Source of the DNA: Thermodesulfobacteriota bacterium
GTDB taxonomy: Bacteria; Desulfobacterota; Dissulfuribacteria; Dissulfuribacterales; QOAL01
DNA length: 61,032 nucleotides
Assembly (NCBI GenBank): GCA_013154175.1
Contig: JAADCZ010000110.1
Span: 1-61,032 of the forward strand
Direction of reading: 5' to 3'
In this document: piece by piece, positions 44,409-53,745 of the stretch
Layout of the letters: each line of letters opens with the position of its first letter
How positions within the stretch are numbered: the first letter of the stretch is position 1
Made by a program: the position numbers and the translations under genes
The notes under the pieces: generated by a model
Seen by the model: only the letters and a program-made list of their open reading frames with translations
Told to the model about the DNA's origin: nothing
Databases searched by the model: none

Positions 44409-46838
44409 TTAGCTCATCCCCAGCTCTTTTTCCTTCTCTGCAACCAGCAGCCTTGTCTTGACTGCAGTATCTGGGGTGAGACTCATGGAATCGATTCCAC
44501 ACTCAACGAGGAATGCTGCAAAATCTGGGAAGTCACTTGGAGCCTGTCCACAGATTCCTATCTTGCGCTTCTTTTCCTTGGCTGTCTTGATGACCTGGCG
44601 AATCAACCGTTTTACAGCCTCGTTTCTCTCATCATAAATGTGTGCCACGAGCTCTGAATCCCTATCGAGACCAAGGGTAAGCTGTGTCAGGTCGTTGGAG
44701 CCTATTGAGAAGCCGTCAAAGACCTCTGCGAACTGATCAGCCAGGACTACGTTACTGGGAATTTCACACATGACGTAGATCTCGAGGCCATTTTCGCCCT
44801 GCTTGAGACCATACTTCTCCATCACGCCTATGACCTTCTTGCCCTCCTCCACTGTACGACAGAAGGGAATCATGCTTTTGACGTTTGAAAGCCCCATCTC
44901 ATCCCTTGCCTTCTTGAAGGCCTGACATTCAAGGGCGAATGCAGGCTCGAAGGTGGGGGAATAGTAACGGGATGCACCGCGCCAGCCTATCATTGGGTTG
45001 TGCTCTTCTGGCTCATAGAGCTGCCCTCCAATGAGATTGGCATATTCGTTACTCTTGAAGTCGGACATGCGGACGATAACATCCTTTGGATAGAAGGCAG
45101 CACCGATGGTTGCGATACCCTGGGCCAGGGTGTCCACAAAGAACTGGGACTTGTCCTTGTAGGCGGCAGTCCTCTTGTCTATCTCTTCCACTACCTTCTT
45201 GATTTCCTCATCGCTGGCTGCCTTGCTCTTGAGCTCTTCATAGTTGATGAGGGCCAGTGGATGAATACCTATGTGGGAGTTAATGACGAACTCGATCCTG
45301 GCAAGTCCGACTCCATCGTTTGGAATCCTGCTCTGGGAGAAGGCCTGCTCTGGAATTCCAACGTTCATCATAATCTTGGTCTTTGTCTTGGGAACGTTTG
45401 CAAAGTCGATGCGCTCCACCTCATACTTGAGAAGACCTTTGTAGACCTTTCCTTCTTCACCCTCTGCGCAAGAAACGGTTACATCTTCGCCGGTTGGAAT
45501 GCGCTCGGTTCCGTCCTCTGTACCGACGACACAGGGAATTCCAAGCTCACGTGAAATAATGGCAGCATGGCATGTCCTGCCTCCCCTGTTGGTGACGATG
45601 GCAGAGGCGATCTTCATGATTGGCTCCCAGTCGGGGTCTGTCATGTCGGTTACCAGGACCTCTCCCTCATTGAATGTGGTGATCTGGCTGACATCCTTGA
45701 TGACATGGGCCTTGCCCTGACCAATCTTCTCACCCACTGCCTTTCCAGTTGCCAAGACCTCGCCCTTTTCAAGGAGCTTGTAGGTCTCCATGTAGTTGGT
45801 GGCCTTCTGGGAGTGAACGGTTTCTGGCCTTGCCTGTACGATGAAGAGCTCTCCGGTTCCAACCTTTTCGCCGTCTCCATCCTTGGCCCACTCTATGTCC
45901 ATTGCCTTGCCATAATGCTCTTCAATTATGCAGGCCCAGTTGGCAAGTTTCAGAATCTCGTCATCTGAAAGGACAAAGGTGTTCCTTTCTTCAGGAGTCG
46001 TCTCAACGTTCTTTACCGGTTCCTGAGGATCATCCGTATAGATCATCTTGAACTGCTTGAGACCAAGACGCTTGGTGACAATGGGTTTGAAACCCTTCTT
46101 TAGAGTGGGTTTGAAAACATAGAACTCATCGGGGTTGACTGCACCCTGGACAACATTCTCTCCAAGCCCCCAGGCGCCCGTGATGTAGACAACATCCTCA
46201 AAACCACTTTCTGTATCAATGGTAAACATAACGCCTGAGCTGGCGCTGTCACTTCTGACCATTTTCTGAACGGCTATTGAGAGGTAGACGTCAAAGTGAC
46301 CAAAACCTTTGTCATGCCTATAGGAAATGGCCCTGTCGGTAAAAAGGCTGGCAAAGCATTTATGACAAGCCTCTATCAGGGCATCGGTGCCGGTGATGTT
46401 TAGGAATGTCTCCTGCTGACCTGCAAATGAAGCATCTGGCAAATCCTCTGCAGTTGCCGAAGAACGCACGGCCACGTCCACATTTGGATAATACTCCTCC
46501 TCCATCTTGGCATAGGCCTTTTTAATCTCCTCTTCCAGATCCTCTGGAAATTTGGCATTGAGGATAATCTCCCTGACCTTCTTTCCACGTTCCCTCAGAT
46601 TGTTTATGTCACTGGTATCAAGATCAGCTAGGGCCTCTCGTATGGCAGCCTCGATGCCCGCATCTTTCAAAAGGTGCTTGTAGGCCTCGGCAGTAATTGC
46701 AAAACCGTTAGGAACCTTGATACCCTTGCCTGAAAGATGCTGATACATCTCACCAAGGGATGCATTCTTGCCGCCTACCAAGGGAACATCTTCAATCCCA
46801 ATTTCTTCAAACCACAGAATAAATGGTTTATCGCTCAT
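44409..46838 (-). CDS. ppsA: Phosphoenolpyruvate synthase (pyruvate, water dikinase)
   Basis: About 809 aa. The phospho-histidine motif TNRGGRTCHAAIISRELG and the PEP-utilising C-terminal TIM barrel are present. ATG 46838 lies 9 nt after AAGGAGG. The track TTG 46847 abuts the RBS and is rejected. Confidence 0.96.
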   Translation of the reverse strand: MSDKPFILWFEEIGIEDVPLVGGKNASLGEMYQHLSGKGIKVPNGFAITAEAYKHLLKDAGIEAAIREALADLDTSDINNLRERGKKVREIILNAKFPEDLEEEIKKAYAKMEEEYYPNVDVAVRSSATAEDLPDASFAGQQETFLNITGTDALIEACHKCFASLFTDRAISYRHDKGFGHFDVYLSIAVQKMVRSDSASSGVMFTIDTESGFEDVVYITGAWGLGENVVQGAVNPDEFYVFKPTLKKGFKPIVTKRLGLKQFKMIYTDDPQEPVKNVETTPEERNTFVLSDDEILKLANWACIIEEHYGKAMDIEWAKDGDGEKVGTGELFIVQARPETVHSQKATNYMETYKLLEKGEVLATGKAVGEKIGQGKAHVIKDVSQITTFNEGEVLVTDMTDPDWEPIMKIASAIVTNRGGRTCHAAIISRELGIPCVVGTEDGTERIPTGEDVTVSCAEGEEGKVYKGLLKYEVERIDFANVPKTKTKIMMNVGIPEQAFSQSRIPNDGVGLARIEFVINSHIGIHPLALINYEELKSKAASDEEIKKVVEEIDKRTAAYKDKSQFFVDTLAQGIATIGAAFYPKDVIVRMSDFKSNEYANLIGGQLYEPEEHNPMIGWRGASRYYSPTFEPAFALECQAFKKARDEMGLSNVKSMIPFCRTVEEGKKVIGVMEKYGLKQGENGLEIYVMCEIPSNVVLADQFAEVFDGFSIGSNDLTQLTLGLDRDSELVAHIYDERNEAVKRLIRQVIKTAKEKKRKIGICGQAPSDFPDFAAFLVECGIDSMSLTPDTAVKTRLLVAEKEKELGMS

Positions 46839-47191
46839 CACCGACAACCTCCTTAGATTAGCTTATAAAATTTTAAAGGCCGTCCAAGTCACCCAGATCC
46901 GACTCGAACGGCCTGTATGAATCCGCTCTTTGCATGCGGCGACTATCCGCATTTTCTGCTCACGCAGCTTTCCCCTTGATGTGCTTCCTTTCTCATCCAC
47001 TGCATTCAAGAAGCCAGTTACTAATTTCACAAAAAGTCCTCTTTGAATTCCTGACTGCCTGTTAACCTACTAACTGAATAGAGGTTCATTCAAACTATCA
47101 ACCTTTTCAGGTTTTGGCAACAATTCAATGCAATCAAGAGTGCCAAAAACCGGCCACGGATTCGCGAAAATTCGTAAATTCAAGAGAAAAA

Positions 47192-48637
47192 TCAGAGGTT
47201 GGAAAGTTCGGACGTACTAATTTTTCTTGGCTTTTTCCTGAAACTTTCCGCCTCAAGCTCATGCCTTTCAAGGAGTTTGTAGAAATCTGCCCTGTAATAG
47301 CCGGCATGTTTGGCAGCAAGACTGATGTTCCCTTTGGTGATTTTCAGTAAATTCTCAAGATATTTCCTGGTAAACTCATATCGTGCTTCCTTAAGGGGCA
47401 CAACAGGAATTTTTGAAGTATATTCAGCAAGGGGAGTGGCAGCCAAGAGGGAGGAGCTCAAAATGTCTTCCTGGGCAATGGCCACAAGAAAGTCCACCAT
47501 GTTTTCAAGCTCCCTGACATTTCCAGGCCAATCATACATTCTGAAGGCATCGAGTATATCTTCATCGACCCAGTTGATGAGTTTCTTGGTCTTTTGCATG
47601 GCCTTTTTGAGAAAATGACCGAAAAGAAGGGGGATATCCTGCTTCCTCTCCCTTAGAGGCGGCATATGTATCGGAACGACATGAATCCTGTAAAAGAGAT
47701 CTTCCCTGAATTTCCCTTCAGCCACCATCTTCTTTAAGTCCTGTTTGGTGGCCACTATTAGCCGTACATCCACCTTTCGCACCCTGTCGCTACCCAGGGG
47801 CTTTACCTCTCCGGTCTCCAACACCCGCAACAATTTCGCCTGCATGGACTCGGCCATTTCCCCAACTTCATCGAGGAAGAGGGTTCCAGTGTCGGCAGAA
47901 GCAAACACTCCATTCTTGGAGCCCACGGCAGAGGTAAATGCCCCGCGGACATGGCCGAAAAGCTCATCTTCCAACAAGGATTCAGGGATTGCAGCGCAGT
48001 TTACGGCTATAAAGGGCCCCTTTGCCCTACCGCTATGCATGTGGATGGCCCTGGCAACCAACTCTTTTCCAGTCCCTGACTCTCCAAAGACAGCCACGGT
48101 GATATCGGTGGGAGCGACCTGGAGAATCTGTTTAAAAACAGATTTCATCTTGGGGCTTTTGCCAATAATCCCGCAAAATTCGCTCTTTCCATCGATTAAT
48201 CCTTCAAAATCATGCACTTTCTTAAGCAAGGATGTTTTTTCAAGGGCCTGTTCCAGTTTTACCTCCAACTCTTTGTGGTCAACTGGCTTTGTGACATAGG
48301 AGAAGGCCCCTGCCCTCATGGCCTCTACTGCCTGCTCTATGGTGCCAAAGGCGGTAAAGATTATGGTTTGCAAATATGGATTTATCTCCAAACACTTGGA
48401 CATAAGCTCCTGACCTGAAAGGTTTTCCATGCGCTGGTCTGTCAGGAGTATCTCAATGTCTGGATTTTCGGAAAAGATTTCTAGGGCCTCTTCTGGGTCC
48501 TGTGTTGCAATTACTTCATAACCCAACAGTTCAAGCCTAATTTTCATTACCTCTAGAATATTTTCTTCATCATCGACAAGTAAAATCCTGGCCTTTGTTT
48601 TGCGAATAATCTTTTTTTGTTGCTTTTCCTTTGTCAT
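47192..48637 (-). CDS. Sigma-54-dependent response regulator (NtrC family: REC, AAA+, Fis-type HTH)
   Basis: The REC domain starts ILLVDDE. The Walker A motif is GESGTGKE, and a GAFTGA-type loop is present as GAFTSA. The C-terminal HTH is GNISLAAKHAGYYRADFYKLL. Confidence 0.93.
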   Translation of the reverse strand: MTKEKQQKKIIRKTKARILLVDDEENILEVMKIRLELLGYEVIATQDPEEALEIFSENPDIEILLTDQRMENLSGQELMSKCLEINPYLQTIIFTAFGTIEQAVEAMRAGAFSYVTKPVDHKELEVKLEQALEKTSLLKKVHDFEGLIDGKSEFCGIIGKSPKMKSVFKQILQVAPTDITVAVFGESGTGKELVARAIHMHSGRAKGPFIAVNCAAIPESLLEDELFGHVRGAFTSAVGSKNGVFASADTGTLFLDEVGEMAESMQAKLLRVLETGEVKPLGSDRVRKVDVRLIVATKQDLKKMVAEGKFREDLFYRIHVVPIHMPPLRERKQDIPLLFGHFLKKAMQKTKKLINWVDEDILDAFRMYDWPGNVRELENMVDFLVAIAQEDILSSSLLAATPLAEYTSKIPVVPLKEARYEFTRKYLENLLKITKGNISLAAKHAGYYRADFYKLLERHELEAESFRKKPRKISTSELSNL

Positions 48638-48707
48638 ATGTACAACCCTATGTTAATTCCTTATCTTATAAATTATATCTATTGGCATTGAACGACAAAA
48701 AGTTAAT

Positions 48708-50210
48708 ATGAAAATCTTCGAACCATTTAGCCTATATCAAAAACTACTAGCTGGATATTTATTTCTCCTTTTCATTTTGATTGTTCCTTGCCTCTTTTCA
48801 CTCTATTCCATTTACAGAATAGAGGATACCATTTCTACATATTTTAAACGAAATCTTGAAATATCTTCATCCTTAGAAAATGCCAAAAATCTTGTGCCAT
48901 CTCTGGAGGCTGAAGCGAGGCGCCTGGTAATCTTGCACAAAAAGGACTCTCTAAAACAGGTCAAGCAGATTATCTCTAACCTCGAGCACAAACTTTCTCC
49001 TGACATTGCCGAAGATTCACCTCCTCTGAAAAAAAATCTAATAGAGTTTCAAAAAACGTTCCAATTGCTGAGAAAAATCATCATAAGTTATGAAAGAAAA
49101 ATCGGACGGCCAGACAAAGGCACCAAGGGACCAAATCTGTCAGATGAGGCCAGGGAGCAGGAGATCAAGGGACTTGCCTTCCATTTGATGGAGCTTTTGA
49201 AGAAGGCTGAAATTATCCAGAAAGTCAGCCTTAAAAAACGCTCCTTGGAGACTTCCAGGGTCATCAGCCAGGTGAAGGATGGAACCATCATTCTCATGCT
49301 CATTGCATTCATAGCTGCACTCTTTGTTCCTTGGGCACTATACATATATATCAAAAAGCCGATTCTCTATTTGCAGAAGGGCACCGATGCCATTGGAAGC
49401 GGAAATTTCGACCACCAGATCCCAGTCATAACCAATGACGAGTTGGGGGAACTGGCCAAGTCATTCAACAACATGGCCAAGAGCTTGAAGGAACTAGACA
49501 CATTAAAATCCGATTTCATCGCCGTGGCCAGCCATGAGCTCAAGACTCCACTAGCCGCCATGCTTGAAGCCACAAGACTTCTCAGGGAGCCAGATATTGG
49601 TGAACTGAATGACAGACAGGCAAAGCTCGTGGAGGTCCTCAATACCAGCATGGAAAAATTCAAGGCACTCATCGAGGAATTGCTCGATCTATCCAAGATG
49701 CAGGCTGGTCTTTTGAACCTAAACAAGAAATCGGTCTCTGTGGCAGAATTAATCGACACTGTCACGGAAAATGTTGCACCGCTTCTTTCTGCAAAAAACT
49801 TGGACATAATAATTGAAAATTCTGATAAAAATCTCAGGGTTAAACTAGATAAAAAACGAATGGAGCGGGTACTTTTAAACCTTCTCGACAATGCTATTAC
49901 CTTTAGCCCTAAGGGTAGTGCCATAAAAATTGCCGTTGATAAAAAAGTTGAAAAAAAACGTGCTTTCGTTCAAATAGCTGTTATAGACTCGGGACCTGGC
50001 CTTGAGCCAGACGAACATGCCCGAGTTTTTGAAAAGTTTTACCAAGCAAAGACTGCGCCAAGACAAAGTGGCAGTGGTTTAGGGCTCACCATTGCCAGAC
50101 AAATAATTTCAGCCCATGGAGGTAAAATTTGGATAGAAAGTCCGCCCCCAAAAGAGTTGGCAGTAACAGAGGGAAAAGGTACAGCCGTATTCTTATTATT
50201 GCCGCTCTAA
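48708..50210 (+). CDS. Membrane sensor histidine kinase (2 TM, HAMP, HisKA, HATPase_c)
   Basis: The H-box is ASHELKTPL, the N-box is LLNLLDNAITFS, G1 is DSGPGL and G2 is GSGLGLTI. It is divergent from the response regulator gene across a 70-nt spacer. Confidence 0.92.
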   Translation: MKIFEPFSLYQKLLAGYLFLLFILIVPCLFSLYSIYRIEDTISTYFKRNLEISSSLENAKNLVPSLEAEARRLVILHKKDSLKQVKQIISNLEHKLSPDIAEDSPPLKKNLIEFQKTFQLLRKIIISYERKIGRPDKGTKGPNLSDEAREQEIKGLAFHLMELLKKAEIIQKVSLKKRSLETSRVISQVKDGTIILMLIAFIAALFVPWALYIYIKKPILYLQKGTDAIGSGNFDHQIPVITNDELGELAKSFNNMAKSLKELDTLKSDFIAVASHELKTPLAAMLEATRLLREPDIGELNDRQAKLVEVLNTSMEKFKALIEELLDLSKMQAGLLNLNKKSVSVAELIDTVTENVAPLLSAKNLDIIIENSDKNLRVKLDKKRMERVLLNLLDNAITFSPKGSAIKIAVDKKVEKKRAFVQIAVIDSGPGLEPDEHARVFEKFYQAKTAPRQSGSGLGLTIARQIISAHGGKIWIESPPPKELAVTEGKGTAVFLLLPL

Positions 50211-50668
50211 GCGGCGTTCTTCTAAGTGGTTGCTGTCTGAACAACGTTGAACAAAAAAAGCCTGTCACAATATCCCCTATACAAAAAGCCGAATTACTTT
50301 TAGGAGAAGGCGATGTTGAAGGGGCTGTGGCAATGTTGAAAAAGGCTGTTCAGGCAGACGGCCACAAATGCCAGGCTGCTTTTTATCTTCTGTTCCTCGA
50401 TTCGGATAGGTCTGAGTATCGTTCCATTTTGGAGGAACAAACCTGCAAGTCTCGGTATCTTTATAACCAAAAGATACTTGAGGCCTATACAAAGGAAAAA
50501 GAGCGATACAAGAAGTGCAAACAGACCATTCGAACTCTAAAAAGGCAAAAGAGACAATGTCTGGCTGAAAAGGAAAAGCTAAGAAAAGAAAGAAATCGTG
50601 TCTCTTTCGAATTAAAAAAATTGGAACAGATTCGCAAAGAGACGGAAAGATTACGTCTTAAAAAATAG
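50129..50668 (+). CDS. Putative lipoprotein with basic coiled-coil C-terminus (start uncertain)
   Basis: It has the lipobox-like sequence LIIAALSGVLLSGC and a Lys/Arg/Glu-rich helical tail. The only in-frame start upstream of the signal peptide is TTG 50129, which overlaps the kinase gene by 82 nt. Confidence 0.5.
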   Translation: MDRKSAPKRVGSNRGKRYSRILIIAALSGVLLSGCCLNNVEQKKPVTISPIQKAELLLGEGDVEGAVAMLKKAVQADGHKCQAAFYLLFLDSDRSEYRSILEEQTCKSRYLYNQKILEAYTKEKERYKKCKQTIRTLKRQKRQCLAEKEKLRKERNRVSFELKKLEQIRKETERLRLKK

Positions 50669-51184
50669 TAAAATAGTCCATTTTTTCACAACCTGTCTTT
50701 ATCTCTTCCCAGGAATACCAAATTGCGTTTTTTATCGTTGTATTTTAAAAAAATCTGATTATTTAAATAGAATTCAATATTGGAATATAGTCGCCTCATT
50801 GGTAATACCCAACTGGGTGACTAATTCTCTCGGTGGTAATTTGTAGAAAATTTTAAGTGTAGGGGCATAAAAGTTGCTCTAATAAAAATGAGAAACTTAC
50901 ATTGAAGAGCAATAAGTTTAATTTTACACTAATCTTTACACTTTGCTTTTACTCACGATTGATGCAAACTAAAACAAAACATGATGGTGCTAATTATTAG
51001 ACTCATCAACATGCATCACTAAAGGTAATAAGCCATAAAGTTTAGTAAGTGATTTTGTATACACCAAAAGATACAGAAGCCTTGTAGACACTATGTCCAA
51101 TGTGAGGATTTAGATACAGGCGGTTTTCATAGTTTGATGGAGAATAAAATTCTTTAGCTTAGACAGACCAAAAGCGGAGAAAAG

Positions 51185-52897
51185 ATGCAGAGACAGAACC
51201 GAGTACCTCAACATTCCAATGAAAATGGAATGGCTGATAGAAATGCCGCCATTGCTACTCTATTCTTCGTCCTTGCTGCCTTTCTTCTGTTCTTCAACCT
51301 TGGCTGTAAGGCCCTGTGGGGCTCTGAGGGGCGATGGGCAGAAGTGGTTAGACAGATGTTACTTACCCATGACTTCTTTCACCCCCAAATCAATGGGGAA
51401 CCATACTTCGACAAACCTCTGTTCACCTATTGGGTCATTGCAGCGCTAGTACCCCTGTTTCAACAACTGGATGAAATGGTCGCACGGCTTCCAAGCGCAA
51501 TATCAGGGCTGACAGTACTTATCTGTACCTTTTTCTTGGGTAACAAACTGTGGAATAAAAAGGTGGCATATCTGAGCGTCACCCTACTACTTACCTCATT
51601 TGGATTTGTCTTTTGGTCAAGAACCGCCTCGGCCGATATGGAAAACCTTGCCTTCATCATGTTGGCCATATCCTGGTACATCCATAGAAGGGACAGGACT
51701 GACTTCGTTTCCTATTTGGTCTTTTATGTCATTTGCGCCCTGGGGGCCCACTTCAAGGGTCTTACAGCTGTTGCCGTGCCGATTTTGGTTGCCTTGTGCG
51801 ACATGTTTCTGCAAAAACGTCTGCGACACCATGCAAACATGAAAAATCTGTTTGCCTTGGTCATTGCAGTGGTGATTTATTTGATTCCCTTCTTGTATGC
51901 CAGCCTAACCGGGCACAATTACCATCAGCACGGCTTATACATGGTCTTTAGAGAAAATATACTGCGTTTCTTCAAGGCATTCGATCACAGGGAGCCGTTC
52001 TACATATATCTCTACTACGTGCCCTTTCTGATGGTGCCATGGCTCTTTCTCCTTTTGGGTTTCACCTTGGATAGATTCAGGGCCTGGCGCCAGTTGGACA
52101 ATAATGATAAATGGGTAGCCCTGAGCAGCCTCGCCATATTTGTCCTTTTTACACTATCAACGTCAAGGCGAAGCTATTATATCTTGCCAATCTTACCCTT
52201 TTTGGCCTTGGGTATCGCCACATTCCTTACAAATCCGGGTTCTAAACGTTTAAGAGATTTCAGTATCTATTCCCAGGCAGTTCTGGTGCTAGCCATCTGT
52301 TTCTTGGCCCTGTACGTGCCATTTATGCTGCCATCTATTGAAAGCATGTGGAACTACGTGCCACCTCCTGCCCTGGTTCCAACCGTCGCCATAACCGGCA
52401 TCATTGGTGCGGCAGCAATGATCATCTGCCTCGTGGTGGGATGTTTTTGGAAAAAAAGGTGCGAGGGACTCCTAGCAGGCACCATGATTGCAGTGTATGT
52501 GTTGATGAGCGGCTTTTTCGGTTTTGAAGAGTGCTTGCTAGAGCTTAATAGACCAATGAAACCCTTTATAATGAAACTCAAAAAAATCATCAGTGACCTT
52601 CCGCCCGAATCCATTGCCATGTCCAAAAACATGGCGAGTGTAAGCTTTTACCTGCACCAACCAAGACCTATTGTAAATCTAGACAGGCCAGAGAATGTGG
52701 AGGAGTTTTTCAAAAGGCCTGGCAAAAAGATACTCATAGCCAGGAGAGAAGACCTAAAACACCTGCGTCCCCTGATGGACAGATGCAAAAAGCGCCAGAT
52801 ATTGGCGTCACCAACCGCCCCTTGGAGCAAAAGAAACGACAAGAGATTGGTGGCCTTTGAAATTCATGGCCCTTGTAACCTGAATGATAGCCACTGA
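51185..52897 (+). CDS. ArnT/PMT-family (GT-C) polyprenyl-phosphate-dependent glycosyltransferase
   Basis: 570 aa and polytopic. LWGSEGRWAEVVRQMLLTHDFFHPQINGEPYFDKPLFTYWVIA parallels E. coli ArnT LWQPDETRYAEISREML...YFEKPIAGYW (recalled from memory). HFKGLTAVAVPILVAL parallels TKGFLALAVPVL. Confidence 0.83.
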   Translation: MQRQNRVPQHSNENGMADRNAAIATLFFVLAAFLLFFNLGCKALWGSEGRWAEVVRQMLLTHDFFHPQINGEPYFDKPLFTYWVIAALVPLFQQLDEMVARLPSAISGLTVLICTFFLGNKLWNKKVAYLSVTLLLTSFGFVFWSRTASADMENLAFIMLAISWYIHRRDRTDFVSYLVFYVICALGAHFKGLTAVAVPILVALCDMFLQKRLRHHANMKNLFALVIAVVIYLIPFLYASLTGHNYHQHGLYMVFRENILRFFKAFDHREPFYIYLYYVPFLMVPWLFLLLGFTLDRFRAWRQLDNNDKWVALSSLAIFVLFTLSTSRRSYYILPILPFLALGIATFLTNPGSKRLRDFSIYSQAVLVLAICFLALYVPFMLPSIESMWNYVPPPALVPTVAITGIIGAAAMIICLVVGCFWKKRCEGLLAGTMIAVYVLMSGFFGFEECLLELNRPMKPFIMKLKKIISDLPPESIAMSKNMASVSFYLHQPRPIVNLDRPENVEEFFKRPGKKILIARREDLKHLRPLMDRCKKRQILASPTAPWSKRNDKRLVAFEIHGPCNLNDSH

Positions 52898-53049
52898 TTA
52901 GGTATTTCAAGTTGAATTTTGCCTTGGCTTTGCTAAACTGAACTGGTTACATGCCATAACTATATGTTGGCAAGTAATAGACAATAACAGCAAATAACTT
53001 TTCTTATTATCGTCTTTAAGAAAATTATTAAAAATCTAATGGAGGAAAC

Positions 53050-53628
53050 ATGAAAATAAACAAATTTGTCATTTTATCACTCACAATAGTTTCTCTACTT
53101 CTATTGACTTCGTGTGCCAGCAAAAATCCCACTACGGCTGAAACTGGAGCAGGCTCAGGGATTCCGCTGGAGCAGGTGAAGACCGAGAAGGACCAGGCAG
53201 GCACTGCTCAGAGCCAGATACAGGAAGGCGTTGTGGACAGTGAGGGCATCAGGGAGCCTGGAAGCCAGACAGCTATCAGTGAAGGCAGAACCAGTGCCCC
53301 TTTTCTGCCTATCTACTTCGACTTCGATCGCTACACCATTAGGCCAGACATGAGAAGCCGTATGGAACATAATGCCAAGGTCATGCTGGATCACCCAGAC
53401 ATAAAGGTTGAAATTCAGGGCAACTGTGATGAAAGGGGAACCAACGAATATAACTTGGCCCTGGGAGAGAAGAGGGCCAAGGTTGCAAGGGATTACCTGG
53501 TCAATATGGGCGTTGACCCAGGCAGGATTACCATAATCAGCCTTGGTGAAGAAAAACCCCTTGATCCCCGCCACAATGAGGAGGCATGGGCCAAGAACAG
53601 GCGAGACGACTTTGTAATTTACCGATAA
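53050..53628 (+). CDS. pal: Peptidoglycan-associated lipoprotein Pal (OmpA-like domain)
   Basis: It has the lipobox LLLTSC and the OmpA_C motifs (FDFDRYTIRPD, GNCDERGTNEYNLALGEKRA, NRRDDF). GGAGGA RBS is present. Confidence 0.92.
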   Translation: MKINKFVILSLTIVSLLLLTSCASKNPTTAETGAGSGIPLEQVKTEKDQAGTAQSQIQEGVVDSEGIREPGSQTAISEGRTSAPFLPIYFDFDRYTIRPDMRSRMEHNAKVMLDHPDIKVEIQGNCDERGTNEYNLALGEKRAKVARDYLVNMGVDPGRITIISLGEEKPLDPRHNEEAWAKNRRDDFVIYR

Positions 53629-53693
53629 TCTCTTCTTTTTTTATACATCTACATTTTTTTCTTTACGTCATTCATTTTGCTTATACACTATAA

Positions 53694-53728
53694 GGCCACA
53701 CTTAAAATTAGGTGTGGCCATTTTTTTT
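53694..53728 (+). terminator. Rho-independent terminator after pal
   Basis: GGCCACAC, 10-nt loop, GTGTGGCC, then A and TTTTTTTT. Confidence 0.85.
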
Positions 53729-53745
53729 GCGGAGGACTAACGCCC

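Noticed and set aside
46895-46914. GTTCGAGTC (minus strand), a tRNA T-loop-like motif in the ppsA leader
   Set aside because: The flanking T-stem has a mismatch. No acceptor, D or anticodon arms can be drawn around it. It is better explained as part of the leader hairpin.
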